Assembly: GCA_964016885.1 (NCBI GenBank)
Contig: OZ024740.1
Span: 203,732,001 to 203,796,000, forward strand
Direction: 5' to 3'
Source: Eledone cirrhosa
Lineage: Eukaryota
DNA: 64,000 bases
Below are positions 43,480 to 57,209 of this stretch, piece after piece (the first letter of the stretch is position 1; each line of letters opens with the position of its first letter). Under the pieces are notes generated by a model. That model ran no database searches, had not been told where the DNA came from, and saw only the letters and a list, made by a program, of their open reading frames with translations. The position numbers were made by a program, and so were the translations under genes.

Positions 43480-43837
43480 GATTAATATTAAGAAAAATTA
43501 ATAATAAGAAGAGTTAAAATTTGAGATTTGAAAATTCAAGTATAAAATTCATTGTGGGATTTCACAGTAGTTTTCATCTTGGTAGCAGCTCGTTGACTGC
43601 TGGGTGCCTTTCTGGTAGTGAATAAGAAGTTATTTGGGGGTGTGGGTTATTTTATAAAGGTCAAATTTAGCAATGGCCAGATGGCCAGCTGCTGGTCAGT
43701 GAGGGGGTGGAAGCAATATACATACATATATCTTCCTGTGGTAGGTAGGAGAGGGGAGATTGATAGAAAGGGATTTAGTGCACTTACACCTATATATACA
43801 CACATACCTTCATCCACACATACATACATATACATAT

Positions 43838-43899
<62 letters not shown>

Positions 43900-44216
43900 G
43901 ATTCCTGGACCAGGCGATGCGTTATGTCCTTGAGCAAGACACTTTATTTCACGTTGCTCCTTCTACCTGGAGTTGCGACCGATAGATAGTATTAGCAATT
44001 GGAAAGACCAACAGAAACATTGTTCCCTCGGTCCGATTTGACGAAAGTCGATCGTTCCTATATATATATATATATCCATACATATACACACGTACATACA
44101 CACACACATACATATATATACACACACACATACACACACACATATATGCACATACACACACATATATATATATATACACACACACACATATATATACATA
44201 CACATACATCCAGATA

Positions 44217-44267
<51 letters not shown>

Positions 44268-44457
44268 GTGTATACATACACATATATACACACATATACA
44301 TACACATATATATACACCCCCCCACATACATACACACACACACATATATATACATACACACATACAAACACACACACACACACACATATATACACATACA
44401 CACACATATATATACACACACACACATATATATATACACATACGCATACATCCAGAT

Positions 44458-44490
<33 letters not shown>

Positions 44491-44997
44491 ATACATACAT
44501 CCACATGCACACACATACACACACACACACATATATACACATACACACAGAGAAATGGCCTCCAAATATATATATATACATACATACACATATATTTTTT
44601 CCATAATATAAGAAGTTAGGACAGTGAAATTAAAATACAAGTCATTCTGATCACATTGAGTTCTTCATGTAGATTGGGCCCCGCAACCGACAGTGGTGAA
44701 TTCTGTGTGCGCATATATATATAGATATATGTGTGTGCACGTGCAGGGTTTAACATGGATGTGTTGGTCACACAAAGGCATGGTCTGTCAACGAATAAAC
44801 CTGATTCTACAGAATTGGTCTCTGGTCTTTAATGTGTGTGTGCGTGTGTGTGTGTGTGTATGTATGTGTGTATCTGGATGTATGTGTATGTATATATGTG
44901 TGTGTGTGTGTATATATATATATATGTGTGTGTATGTGCATATATGTGTGTGTGTATATATATGTATGTGTGTGTGTATGTACGTGTGTATATGTAT

Positions 44998-45067
<70 letters not shown>

Positions 45068-45433
45068 GTGTATGTATATGTATATGTATGTATGTGTGGA
45101 TGAAGGTATGTGTGTATATATAGGTGTAAGTGCACTAAATCCCTTTCTATCAATCTCCCCTCTCCTACCTACCACAGGAAGATATATGTATGTATATTGC
45201 TTCCACCCCCTCACTGACCAGCAGCTGGCCATCTGGCCATTGCTAAATTTGACCTTTATAAAATAACCCACACCCCCAAATAACTTCTTATTCACTACCA
45301 GAAAGGCACCCAGCAGTCAACGAGCTGCTACCAAGATGAAAACTACTGTGAAATCCCACAATGAATTTTATACTTGAATTTTCAAATCTCAAATTTTAAC
45401 TCTTCTTATTATTAATTTTTCTTAATATTAATC

Positions 45434-45481
45434 AACATTTGAAAAGATGGCTTTTGCAGACCCATCGAAACCGGTCATTTT
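45434..45481 (+). ncRNA. Minimal hammerhead with a U3-A8 core
   Basis: aacat-TTGAAAA-GATGG-cttttgcagac-CCATC-GAAA-CCGG-TC^atttt. Stem III is the palindrome ACCGGT; GUC cleavage site. Stem I has one mismatch. Confidence 0.68.
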
Positions 45482-45580
45482 TTATACCCTTTATTATTTC
45501 CTTACCTTATAAAATTATATGTTTTTTCACAAAAAAGTATTCTGTCTCTTATATATTCCATGTGCCATTACCAACCTCAA

Positions 45581-45697
<117 letters not shown>

Positions 45698-46114
45698 TAT
45701 ACATATATATATATATATTTGAAAAAAAGGGGAAGAATGACTTTCTGGTGGTTGATGTTCTTTAATAATTCTTTAAATAAGTCGTTATTGTTATTAGTTC
45801 TGGTAAGACCTTGTTAATTTCTATGGGCAATTTGTTAACTCTCTGACGAACATACTCTCATTCGGTGCGATTTTTAAACTGATCTGTTGTGTTATATTGA
45901 AGATGTATATATACATTATATATATATATATATATAGAGAGAGAGGGGGGGGGGAGATAGGGGGTCTGGAGGTCTGGGAGTAGAGAAGTGTAACAGTTTT
46001 AAATTTCTGAGACGGCGCATCTACGACTCCACCAAGCGTTGAGTGTACAGATAAAAGGGTGTAATAAAAATAAAGTCCAAGATGACCACCAATACGAAAC
46101 TAGATGAGAATCCG

Positions 46115-46385
46115 GGATGCTCTTGTAGGAAAAAAGAAGACTGTCCATTACAACAAAACTGTAATGTAAATTCCATAATATAGGAAAATGAGATGAAATA
46201 CACAAACACCAACAAGCCAGAAACCCGTGAAGAATATGTAAGCAAGGTCCAGGAACGATTTAAACAAAGGTTCTACGTGCACCTCTCCTCATTCAGACAT
46301 CCCGATATGAGAACTACCACAGCGCTAGCAGAAAGGGCCTGAAAGAAAAAGGAGTATCGCATAATATAACATGGAAAGTACTCTA
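46115..46385 (+). pseudogene. Decayed Penelope-like element Cys linker plus GIY-YIG endonuclease (Naiad-type)
   Basis: Hand translation: GCSCRKKEDCPLQQNCNVNSII*ENEMKY...EEYVSKVQERFKQRFYVHLSSFRHPDMRTTTALAERA*, then a frameshift to HNITWKV. It shows CxCx5Cx5C, remnants of IIY and YxG, FKxRxxxHxxSF and IxW. Confidence 0.8.
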
Positions 46386-46630
46386 AAAGTCCACGCAATA
46401 CATTAATTGAACGAAGAGATGCCCGCTCTGCCTCAGCGAAAGGTTTTGCAAGGGTTATACTCACCGTGTAAATATCTAACACATTGTTTGCATCCGCAGG
46501 CCCATCTGCTGCCCAACAGGCAACCCACACCACAAGATGACCCCTTACCAGACCTGCTAAATCCTCCATGAACCTATTCCTCTTTGTCACCTATCCCCGC
46601 ACAAAAAGTTAAACACATCGCACACACACG

Positions 46631-46814
<184 letters not shown>

Positions 46815-46816
46815 CG

Positions 46817-46852
<36 letters not shown>

Positions 46853-46904
46853 CATATATATATAAATGTGTATGTATGTATGTATGTATGTATGTTTGTA
46901 TGTA

Positions 46905-47105
46905 TGTACTCTACCATGTTAATCACAGTATATGTCTTTCAGGCTGTGTAGTAAGTCCCTGTCATTGTTGTAATTTCTTATGTATAATACAAACAGCTGT
47001 AAATTTACCTCTATATGCCTTGGTATACTTCATCATTTGAGCATCGAACTCATGACCGTATGATCGTGAGTCGAAAACGCTAATCACTAAGCTACGCTCC
47101 TTCCA
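46905..47105 (-). mobile_element. tRNA-headed SINE; second copy at 51168-51349
   Basis: Minus-strand head GGAGCGTAGCTTAGTGATTAG...GAGTTCGATGC. The two loci align, and both abut (CATA)n. Confidence 0.75.
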
Positions 47106-47167
47106 ACGTACATACATACACATATACACCCACATACATACATACATACATACATACATACATACAT

Positions 47168-47214
<47 letters not shown>

Positions 47215-47687
47215 TACATACATACATACATACATACATACATACATACATACATACATACATACATACATACATACATACATACATACACACACACACA
47301 TACACACATACATACATAACATACAGTGACGTATGTATACGCATAAGTATACAATTTCAAATAAATTTAAATATAACTTCCAACATTAACAAGATGTATG
47401 CTAGATCTAAATCTAAGATTTTCTTATTCACTCAGAAATGTTTTTCTCTTTCATTTCCGAATGGAAATGAAAGCTGTAACCTGTAATTTCATTCACTTGG
47501 AAGGTGACATGAATCATAGATGTTTGATTTCTACATTGGATATTACAGACTATTGGGAAGAAATAGATAATGATTGTATTGATACGCTTACACCAAACAC
47601 TAGTAACTGTTAATAACGATATCAACCATATTATATATGCAAGCAGGATATTCTGAATTCAGATTCCTTTATTCCATTGTTCTTTTT

Positions 47688-47850
47688 ACTGGGGCATCGC
47701 CTTTACTGGTTTCAATCACTTAACCGAGGCCATACTGGGGCACCGCCTTTACTGGTTTCAATCACTTAACAGGCCATATTGGGAAACCGTCTTTACGGGT
47801 TTCAATCACTTGACTGAGGTCATACTGGGGTACTGTAATTACTGGCTTTA
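47688..47850. repeat. About 3.5 copies of a 45-47-bp tandem unit
   Basis: ctggggca.cgcctttactggtttcaatcactt is repeated. Confidence 0.8.
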
Positions 47851-47898
47851 GTCAATAAACTGCGATCACACACACACAGACATACATACACAGGCGGT

Positions 47899-47974
<76 letters not shown>

Positions 47975-48030
47975 CAATAAGGGAAGAAGAAGCTTTTATT
48001 TTTCCAATTCTATTTTATATATATGTAAGC

Positions 48031-48108
<78 letters not shown>

Positions 48109-48353
48109 TTGGAAGTGCTTTCAGAATAGTATGTAAAGTGTTAGTGCTGTTGCTACGATAAAATGCTCTCAATACACTCCGTAAAAAGGTAGTGCTGGTG
48201 CCATGATAAAATGCACCCATTACACTCAAAGTGGTTGGTGATACGAGGGGCATACAGCCGTATAAACCACGTCAAATATGGAACGTAAGAACAAGTATAG
48301 TCACCAGCGTGATTGATCCATTCAACCCATGCCAGTATGAAAACAGACGTAAA

Positions 48354-48385
<32 letters not shown>

Positions 48386-48940
48386 ATTAAGCTTGTAATC
48401 ACATGCATTGAACTATCATATATTATGTAGTAATGCAGTACAACAATTTTCTAGTTTCAGTTTAGCCTCAGGTAAGCCATGATAATGAAATACGTCCCAA
48501 CCATAACCAACCCACCTTTTATTCATACATTGTGAATCCATATGTAAGTCATTCAATGTGCCCTTCCCTTTTAAAATGGTAAGGTATGGATTTAAGCGGT
48601 GAAGTAGCAGAGTCGTTAGAACATCGGATAGAGTGCTTTGAGGTATTAGTTCCGGCTCTGCGTTCTGCGTTCAAATCTCGCTAAAACTTTGCTTTTCATC
48701 CGTTTATATTTGATAAATGAAGTAAAGTTCCTCTTTCTCTGTAAATGTGTTTCAATGTGGAGAGGGATGAGGTTCACCAAGTTTAAAATGCTCACGAGAC
48801 GCCTTGAGTCAGAACGATGTCTCTACGACTAAATCATGAGTTATTCGCCCTTTTACATTTTTCCCTTATGACCAATTAAGCCGTTAACAGCCGTTAAAAT
48901 AGCTAAATGATGTCAAAGACAGTGATGGGCAAAAATGCCT

Positions 48941-49065
48941 CATAGGCCAGATACCAGCGGCCAGTGGTCAATAGAGAAACAATCCACAAGGTGGGTGACA
49001 GGCATAGGACAGATACCAGCGCCAGTGGTCAATAGAGAAACAATCCACAAGGTGGGTGACAGGCA
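48941..49065. repeat. About 62-bp tandem duplication
   Basis: gccagtggtcaatagagaaacaatccacaaggtgggtgacaggca occurs twice. Confidence 0.9.
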
Positions 49066-49139
49066 GATGAAATATAGAAAAGATAGAAAGAAGAAGACAA
49101 GAGAAGTGTGTTGGTGCATACAGGTGACTGGAAGAAGGA

Positions 49140-49935
49140 AATAATTGTTTCTACTTTAGGCACAAGGCCAGCAATTATCCCAGTGCGTGACTGGTACTTT
49201 ATTTTATCGACCCCGTAAGGATGAGAGGCAAAGTTAACCTCGACGGGATTTGAACTCAGACCGTAAAGGGACGTAACTGTGCTGGAAAGCATGGCGTCCA
49301 ACCCTCTACCAATAAGAAGGAAATAATGGTTTCTAATTCAGGACGAAAGCCAGCAGTGTTGAAAGGAGGGGTGAAGTGGGTTATATCGAATCTAGTACTA
49401 GACTGGCACTTTATTGACTCTGGAAGGATGAAAGGCAAAGTGGACTGTCTATTCCATTTTATTTTACTACTAATAATGGTTTCTGATTCAGGCACAATTT
49501 TTGGTGGGAGAAGAAAGTCAGTTAAATCGACCCAGTGCGTTACTGGTACTTTATTTTATTGATCCTGTAAGGATGAAAGGCAAAGTTGACCATGGCGGAA
49601 TTTTATTTTATTTTACTACTAATAATAGTTTCATCGACCCCGTAACGATGAAAGGCAAAGCTAACCTCGATGGGATTTGAAATCAGAAAGTAAACGGCCA
49701 TAACTCTATGTCACGAAGCATGGTGTCCAGTGCTCTACCGATACTGCCAATCAACTGCGCTTATTTTACTAATAATAATAACTACTATGTTAGCCTTTTC
49801 TAATGGTGGCGAATCATTAGAGAGTCGTATTAAAACCTCTGTATTTGTTCCGTATAACTGAGTCCTGAGTTCAAATCTCACCGAAGTCTATTTTTGCCTT
49901 TCATACATTCTTGATGAATAAAATAAAGTACCAGC
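49140..49935. mobile_element. SINE cluster: four - copies and one + copy
   Basis: Repeated family core with AATAAT junctions. Confidence 0.8.
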
Positions 49936-50440
49936 CCAGAGCAGTTGATTTGCGAATTTTTTGTTTTTTAAGAGAAATTTCATTTATTTATTTGAACAGA
50001 TAATAAATAAGAAGAGAGAAAGAAAAGAAAAAAGGAGAGGGGGAGGGAGGAAAATATCTTTTATAAAAGGTAAGGAAGGAAACTCTACAGCCTTCTCTGC
50101 TCTGAGTGGTACATGTCAGCTGTGTTCTGCGGTCAAGATGGCGAAAGAATTGTCGTAGAGAACAGCCAACGATATCCGCTGTATCAGCCATTCCATCCCA
50201 CGGGGCTAGAGCATAGCACGAGATGTTTTGCGCTATTTGTTCCGGCTATTTATGTTCTGAGTTCAAATCATACGATGGTCTATTTGGGTAATAGACTGAC
50301 TGGGTCACCCGATTTAACACCACAATCTGGCCCTAATTTGCTTTTAGCGAGGTTCAGGCATTCAGATCAGGTCTCCGGTTTCAGCATACCTACCCTCATC
50401 CCCAGACTCGGCGGCCTTGAAAATGGTAATGGAGGTTACG

Positions 50441-50536
50441 TCTTCTTCTTCTTCTTCTTCTTCTTCTTCTTCTTCTTCTTCTTCTTCTTCTTCTTCTTCT
50501 TCTTCTTCTTCTTCTTCTTCTTCTTCTTCTTCTTCT
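50441..50536. repeat. (TTC)n microsatellite
   Basis: Read directly. Confidence 0.95.
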
Positions 50537-51360
50537 CTCACAAATTAAATAATAAAAATATTGTTTGTCGTTTCATTTTCAGACATTTTCTTTTTGTTTA
50601 TAAATTCGTGGTTTACTACCTCAATGCTGAATGTTTCTCTGTATTTCTCACCGAATACAGAATATTTCCAGGCTGTGTTCTCTTTAAATCATGCAAGGAT
50701 TAACTTAAATAGAAGATAGAATCAAGTAGATTCGTAACACAGGGAGGATTATTGATTGCTCTATGTTCTGTAATGTTAGAATCGTATCTGTAATTGTAAG
50801 AAATTACTTTCATAGGAGATTTATTTTCAGAGAAATACTTCATGTATTCTCATGACGTCAATAATTCTGTATAAAACTATATAATGTTATAAATTAACGG
50901 TTAAGGTCTTTTTTCATGTAAATGATATTATATATTATATGACTGGTGCCAAAAAATATATTTATCATTGAAAAGAAACGTGTTGAAGCAATGCGTGTTG
51001 CCTAAAGTAGTATGCAGGAGCGGAACATAAAAGGTAAAGCAGAAGATGAAAAAGGAAATCAGAACAATGAAATGTCATGGAAAGAAAAGAATGCTGAATA
51101 TCATTGAATATCACGTTGAAGGGAAGTGAAAGTTAGATATGGACTTGAAGAAACACTAAAAACAAAATGTACTCTACCATGTTAGTCACTGTATATATGT
51201 CTTTCAGGCTGTGTAGTAAGTTCATGCCATTGTTGTAATTTCCTATGTATAATACAAACAGCTGTAAATTTACCTCTATATGCCTTGGTATTCTTCATCA
51301 TTTGAGCACCGTGAGCCGAACACGCTAATCATCAAGCTACGCCCTTTCCTACATACATAC

Positions 51361-52208
51361 ATATCACCTAGATGTGACAACAAGTGCAGACTCTGCAGAA
51401 CTAACATCGAGGATATCACCCATGTCATCAGCAGCTGTCCAAAGATGTCATCGCGGTACTATCTACCTATGAGGCATGATGTAGTGGCTAAAACACTGTA
51501 CAATGCAGTTCGTAAAAAAGATAACCCCGATAATAAACACATTAAAAGCTGCAGCAACGTGGAAGACATCCATGTACATAATATGAAAGAGTACTGGTGG
51601 AATGTTCCAGTAAAAACCCCAATAAAATGCAGGCATAACAGATCAGATATAATGATATGGGACAGGGAGAAGAAAGCATGCACAGTAGTGGAAATTAGCT
51701 TCCCAGCAGATGCCAATATAATATCAAAGATTAGCGAAAAGGAGAATATTTATGCAGAACTGATGAGAAATCTGCAGATACTCCACCCTGATTACACCTT
51801 CAGATTTATGTCTCTGATTATTGGGACACTGGGGTATGTTAGTAACTGCCCCAATACAAATCTTGAGAAGCTAGGCTTCACAGGAACAGAAAGAACACAA
51901 CTAGTTAGGAAATTACAAGTACAATCCATTAATGGAACAGTAAAAATATGTAAAACATTCCAAACATTTTGCATCTAATAACTGCACATACACATGTACA
52001 GATAGAAAGCATATACACATGCACACATACAACCCAAAACATCCACATCCACACATACAATAACATCCATATCTACACAAGCATGCATGCATACATAATC
52101 TACCTAATTGATGTTGTGTAAATTCAAATGAGAGAGTCTTGTGTCTATGTTAGAAACCGACTCTCTCTTTATTGGGAGAAAAATTGTGAAATTATAAAAC
52201 CAGAAGAA
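51361..52208 (+). mobile_element. 5'-truncated RLE-type non-LTR retrotransposon (R4/Dong-like) inserted in (CATA)n
   Basis: The ORF to 51978 has a CCHC knuckle (CRLC-x8-H-x4-C), RHD, R(S/P)DI...VVEIS and K..KY-like motifs of the restriction-like endonuclease. CATA repeats flank both ends. Confidence 0.88.
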
Positions 52209-52226
52209 CATACATACATACATACA

Positions 52227-52834
52227 TGGTGGCTGCCAACTCGTTTTCGAGTACGGCCACTACTTTATATCCATGTAGGAGAACTCCTACCGATGCGCTG
52301 AACGAGTGTAACTTTTTAGTCCAGCCAGTGACTTGAAAACTCTGGTACAAACACTACACTTGTGACAATCATTGACACATAGTGCTGGGCCCATGGTACC
52401 ATGTGACGACAAGTGCAGAGAGATCTCCAGATATAAAGCAATGCCTGTGCCGTGAAGCTTTTATAGTGAGCAAAGGCACTGCACAAAGCCAGTCCCACTC
52501 TCTTAACCAAGATGATATTTACCAAAAAGAAGAACAAGTCAACATCATTGGATACCATCAGGGTTGCAGGTGTTATATCAGAGTTTTCCTTCTCCTAGAA
52601 TTCTGCCTTGACAAAGGCTAAGGGGTCATCTCTCCCGGTGATTTTGGATGGCCATTGACTCTTAAGAGCTCCTTTGCCCTTTGACAGGTTTTGTTTTTAG
52701 TCCTGCAGGATGTCCAAAGTCACCCTACTCACCAAGAAACCCTGGTGGGCTTTCCAGTTTAGTCGCCAACGACCCGACCATGAGACAGGTTGTACTGGGA
52801 TACATGTTACCAGTAGCACCAACTGGTGACCTGA
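52227..52834. mobile_element. Second copy of the (CATA)n-flanked element of about 600 bp
   Basis: Aligns with 39834-40420. Confidence 0.8.
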
Positions 52835-52979
52835 CATACATACATACATACATACATACATACATACATACATACATACATACATACATACATACATACA
52901 TACAGTGATGTATGTATACAGGACATTTAACCAGAAAGAGGACAATAGATGGGCGAAAGCAGCCACAAAGGCAGACAGG

Positions 52980-53345
52980 AGTTAACATTATACTTCAAGA
53001 AAAAGCAAAGCTCGTGTGGAGGTGGACTGGAAATTTAGCTAGAACAGAGGATAACAGATAGACGAAAAGAACCAAAGCGTTGGAGAGGAATGATAAAAAA
53101 CAACATGGAGGCGAACTGGACATTGAATCAGAGCAGAGGACATTAGGACAATAGGTAGGTGAACATAACAATGGAGTGCATCACATGATAAGTATGGAGA
53201 AGGACGGTAATCAAAAGAAGAGATGGAAGAACGACATTTAAGAATACATGAAGGCGACCAGGAGAGATACAGATAAGTTTAGATAAAAATGGCAATTGAC
53301 AGGAAGAAATGGAAGGTACTTGAAGAAGGATATATTCAGCAGTGA
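52980..53345 (+). mobile_element. Decayed RTE-clade LINE 3' end
   Basis: Translates WTGNLARTEDNR*TKR...QKKRWKNDI...AIDRKKWKVLEEGYIQQ*. Confidence 0.75.
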
Positions 53346-54399
53346 ACTGTTATATTCTAAAGAAGATACATTATATCAATTCGAGACAAATAATTTTGGC
53401 ATCAAACCACTAATAAACAACAGAAATATCTGACAGCCGAATACACAAAATTTCGACAGAGTTCAGCTTCATTTAACTGTGATGTAGTCAATGCCATTCA
53501 TTGTGTGATAAATTCATATTATTATATAACAATAGAAATGGTTGAATCTCCACAAGATTTTACATAATCATCCTCATCATCATCATCATCCTCATCATCA
53601 TCTTCCTCATCATCCTCCTCATTCATCATCAGTAGTAGTAGCTACTCCAGCTGCTATATAAATTGCTATCTCTAACAGTTCTGTCACTAAAAATGAATTG
53701 TTTGTTATGTTTTTTTTTAAGTTGTGATTCAGTGAATAAATGAACTAATGACAACAATGAATAGAATTTTCACTCTTTTCAACTTTCTTTGACTTATCAA
53801 GTGCCTATGTGCGTTGATGTTCTTTTTCTTTCACTCACTACCTCCATCACTATCGCTCTCCCCATCTCTCACTATTATAAGTAAAGGGGGCCCACACGTT
53901 GGCCGCCCCAGTCTCAGCGGACAGAATAGAAAAGGCGTTTCCCCGTAGGCTGGTGAGGGAGACGCTTTGGAAGAGCCATTCTAGCTCGCGAGACTCATAC
54001 CTACGGGTAGCCAACTCCCGTAGGTATGGTAGTGAGTATAGGTGGATCTAGGGCCAAGGACAAGGAGTCTCCACTGCAACAGGCTCGGAGAGCGACGACT
54101 GATATTTGGAGAGACGTTACAACGTCGGATAGAATACTTTAAGGTATTTGTTATGGCTTTCTGAGTTCAAATCCCACCGAGGTCAACTTTGCCTTTCATT
54201 CTTTCGAGGTCGATAAAAAAAGTATGAGTCTAGTACTAGGGTGGATTCTTCCTCTGTATCTCTTTCTGTCTTTCTCTGGAAGAAATCTGCCGTACTCAGG
54301 CCTGGAGCGGCATTGGTTCCGCCAGGCTTAAAAAATGCTCAAGAAATGCCGTATGTTAATACGGCGTCCATACGACTCCCCCAAGAGTTACGGGACCTT

Positions 54400-54876
54400 A
54401 CATACATACATACAAGCATACATACATACATGTATGCATACATACATAATACATGCATGCATGCATGCATGTATACATACATGCATGCATGCATGCATAC
54501 ATACATGCATGCATACATACATACATGCATGCATACATACATGTATGCATACATACATAATACATGCATGCATGCATGCATGCATGCATACATACATGCA
54601 TGCATGCATACATACATGCATGCATGCATACATACATGCATGCATGCATGCATACATACATACATACATACATGCATGCATGCATGCATGCATACATACT
54701 TACATACATACATGCATGCATACATACATACATACATACATGCATGCATGCATGCATACATACATACATGCATGCATGCATGCATGCATACATACTTACA
54801 TACATACATGGATACATATATACACACATACACACACACATACATACATACATACATACATACATACATACATACA
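54400..54876. repeat. Compound (CATA)n/(CATG)n microsatellite
   Basis: Read directly. Confidence 0.95.
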
Positions 54877-55325
54877 GCCCGAAGTGCAGCAGAACCTGGA
54901 TTAGTTGCAGAATGCACCAGGTTGCCACCGGAGAAAGATTATCGCAGATTAAACTTGGGTTAAAGGTTATTAAGACTTCAATTTAATTCACTAAAACTTG
55001 AAATTATCGTTGTGGGATATAGATTACTCCCTGAAAGGGTCTTTGTGATACCGAAAACTCTTAAGGTTTGTATTATTTTACTTGGTATAAAGCTCTAGTA
55101 ATTTTGAACTCAGAAAATTTCGAAACTATTTCTGAATATATTATTAAAGAAGAGGTCGAGACTACGTTAAAAACAATTTCATTCAGTCGCCAACTAAAGT
55201 GCGATACGGACAAAAACTCCGACTGATAAAAACTCACAGGACAAAAGTTCAACGCACCACCCCTACCGGATTTCCGATGATAAAAAACGGAAAATAAATA
55301 AAAAGAATATAAAAATATCATTTAC

Positions 55326-55469
55326 CATTCATATCTGTTTCTCTTACTAAGAAACAGAATCCTGTCTTCTCAGGACATTTTGTGGGGGTCGGAGGAGACT
55401 CTTCACATTCACCGTAATAGCTGTCTTTTCTGGAATCACACTTGGAGCACAACAGCTTTGCCTGGATAA
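55326..55469 (-). CDS. Internal exon (phase 1-1) encoding the N-terminal half of the Ly6/uPAR domain
   Basis: catcgttgcag|TT...AATG|gtaaat, 144 nt. Translates IQAKLLCSKCDSRKDSYYGECEESPPTPTKCPEKTGFCFLVRETDMN-G with 5 Cys. Joins 34623 in frame (G|GG). Confidence 0.86.
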
Positions 55470-55537
55470 CTGCAACGATGATAATAATTTTAAAAACAAC
55501 AACAACAATAATGATTTATTTATTTATTTATTGTTAT

Positions 55538-56125
55538 GTGGATTCGCAGTATCGGTAGAGCGTCGGCCACCCTACTTCGTGGCATAGAGTTACGGCCCTT
55601 TACGTTCTGAGTTCAAATTCCGCCGAGGTTAGCTTTGCCTTTCATCCTTACGGGGTCGATAAAATAAAGTACCAGTAACGCACTGGGGTCGATTTAATCG
55701 ACTTTCCCCTCCCCACAAAATACTGGCCTGGCGCCTAAATCAGAAACCATTTTTTATTTATAATAATTGTTTCTACTTTTGGCACAAGGCCAGCAATTAT
55801 CCCAGTGCATTACTGGTATTTTATTTTATCGACCCCGTAAGGATGAAAGGCAAAGTTAACCTCGACGGGATTTGAACTCAGACCGCAAAGGGACGTAACT
55901 CTATGCTGCAAAGAATGGCGTCAGACCCTCTACCGGTACTGCCAATCTAATGATTTCCGATTTAGGCACAAAACAATAATTTTAAGGGAAGGGGTAAGTC
56001 TATTATATCAATCTCTGTACTTCATTCGTACTTTATTTTATCGACCTCGGAAGGATAAAATAAAGACAGCTCAAAACGTAACTGAAAGGTGCAAAGCATT
56101 TTGTTCGATGCTCTAGCGATTCACA
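55538..56125. mobile_element. Tail-to-tail SINE pair (55538-55750 +, 55762-55947 -) plus an older - copy
   Basis: Family core on opposite strands around ttattattataataat-like sequence. Confidence 0.85.
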
Positions 56126-56316
56126 AAAAGAACAATCTTCAAACGCAACACACGCTCGATGTAATAAACACATAATAACACAACACAACTCTACAAAAAT
56201 AATACCCAATAAAATAACACAACTCACATTACACACACCACACACAACAGAACAGATGTTAAAACAACACAAGAAACAACAACAAGACTGATGCAGTAAA
56301 CTAACAGGACAAAATC

Positions 56317-56606
56317 CCTTCATCTTCTTCTTGTGAGGGTCGTGGAGGCAGAGCCCTCAAACACTTCTTCCAGCGAGTCCTGTCAGAAGCAACCGTCTCC
56401 AACTGATCTGGCTGGATCCCCAAGCGAGACCATTAAGCTCATGGATGTTACCCAACCATTTTGCTCGGGGCTACTCCTGGGTCTCCTGTCGGATGGTTTT
56501 CCCCGTAAAAATCTGTCCAGCGATTCTTTCCTGAGACATTCTAACCGCATGCCCATAGTATCAGAGCTGTGATCTCTCAATCCGGAGAAGTAGCGATCAG
56601 CAGCCA
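56317..56606 (-). mobile_element. RTE-clade LINE 3' fragment with a (GAA)-type tail
   Basis: Minus-strand frames give LRYYGHAVRM and RRPRSSP. Ends ...CACGACCCTCACAAGAAGAAGATGAAG. Confidence 0.65.
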
Positions 56607-56944
56607 CTACAGAGAATCAAACCCTGCATCATTTGAATTCCAATTGATCGCGTTAACCACTACGCTAAGTTGCAGCTAACAAGATTCTTTGCCCAAAATT
56701 ATAAACTGTACATTATAGTTATCAGCGGCTAGAGCCGGAAGTAAACAAATCTTACGATTTATCGAAGTGTTTGGATGAATTGAAATTTGAAAACGCTGAA
56801 ATCCAAATACGCAGTCGCTACAGTGATAATAGCCTTAGAAAATTGGATAAACTAGCTTTTGAGACAGAAAATACGTGGTCAGTAGCCGTGACCTATTGAG
56901 GAGGTAAAAGTAGCGCTATCGGTGTGAGAACTGATGGTAGGACT

Positions 56945-57209
56945 CAGGGCCGGATTTAAAGGGGGGGGGGATTGCCCTGGGCCCTAAGCATTGGAGGGCC
57001 CCACCAGAGATGACTGTAGCAATTTATTTGGGCCCTCAGCTGGGCTTTTTATTTATTACCTGTATGTATAACTTTTCAATTCCAATTACTTGCGCTAAGC
57101 TAACTTTGATGTGTAAAATTGGGGGTTTGCTGTGTATTCTAATTTTTGTGTATGAGGGGCCCGTAAACCTGAAGTGCTCTGGGCCTTCCAAGGTCAAAAT
57201 CCAACCCTG
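56945..57209. mobile_element. hAT-superfamily MITE, copy 2
   Basis: TIRs CAGGGCCGGATTT / AAATCCAACCCTG. The 8-bp TSD is GTAGGACT / GTGGGACT (one mismatch). Confidence 0.9.

Noticed and set aside
47428-47550. Possible alternative terminal exon of the Ly6 gene (acceptor ttcttcccaatag|, VCNIQCRNQTSM...)
   Set aside because: Phase-compatible, but it has no recognisable motif and would truncate the domain; chance is likely.
51280-51360. N-terminus of the 232-aa ORF as a gene start
   Set aside because: It lies in an antisense SINE and CATA repeat; the retrotransposon part begins near 51361.
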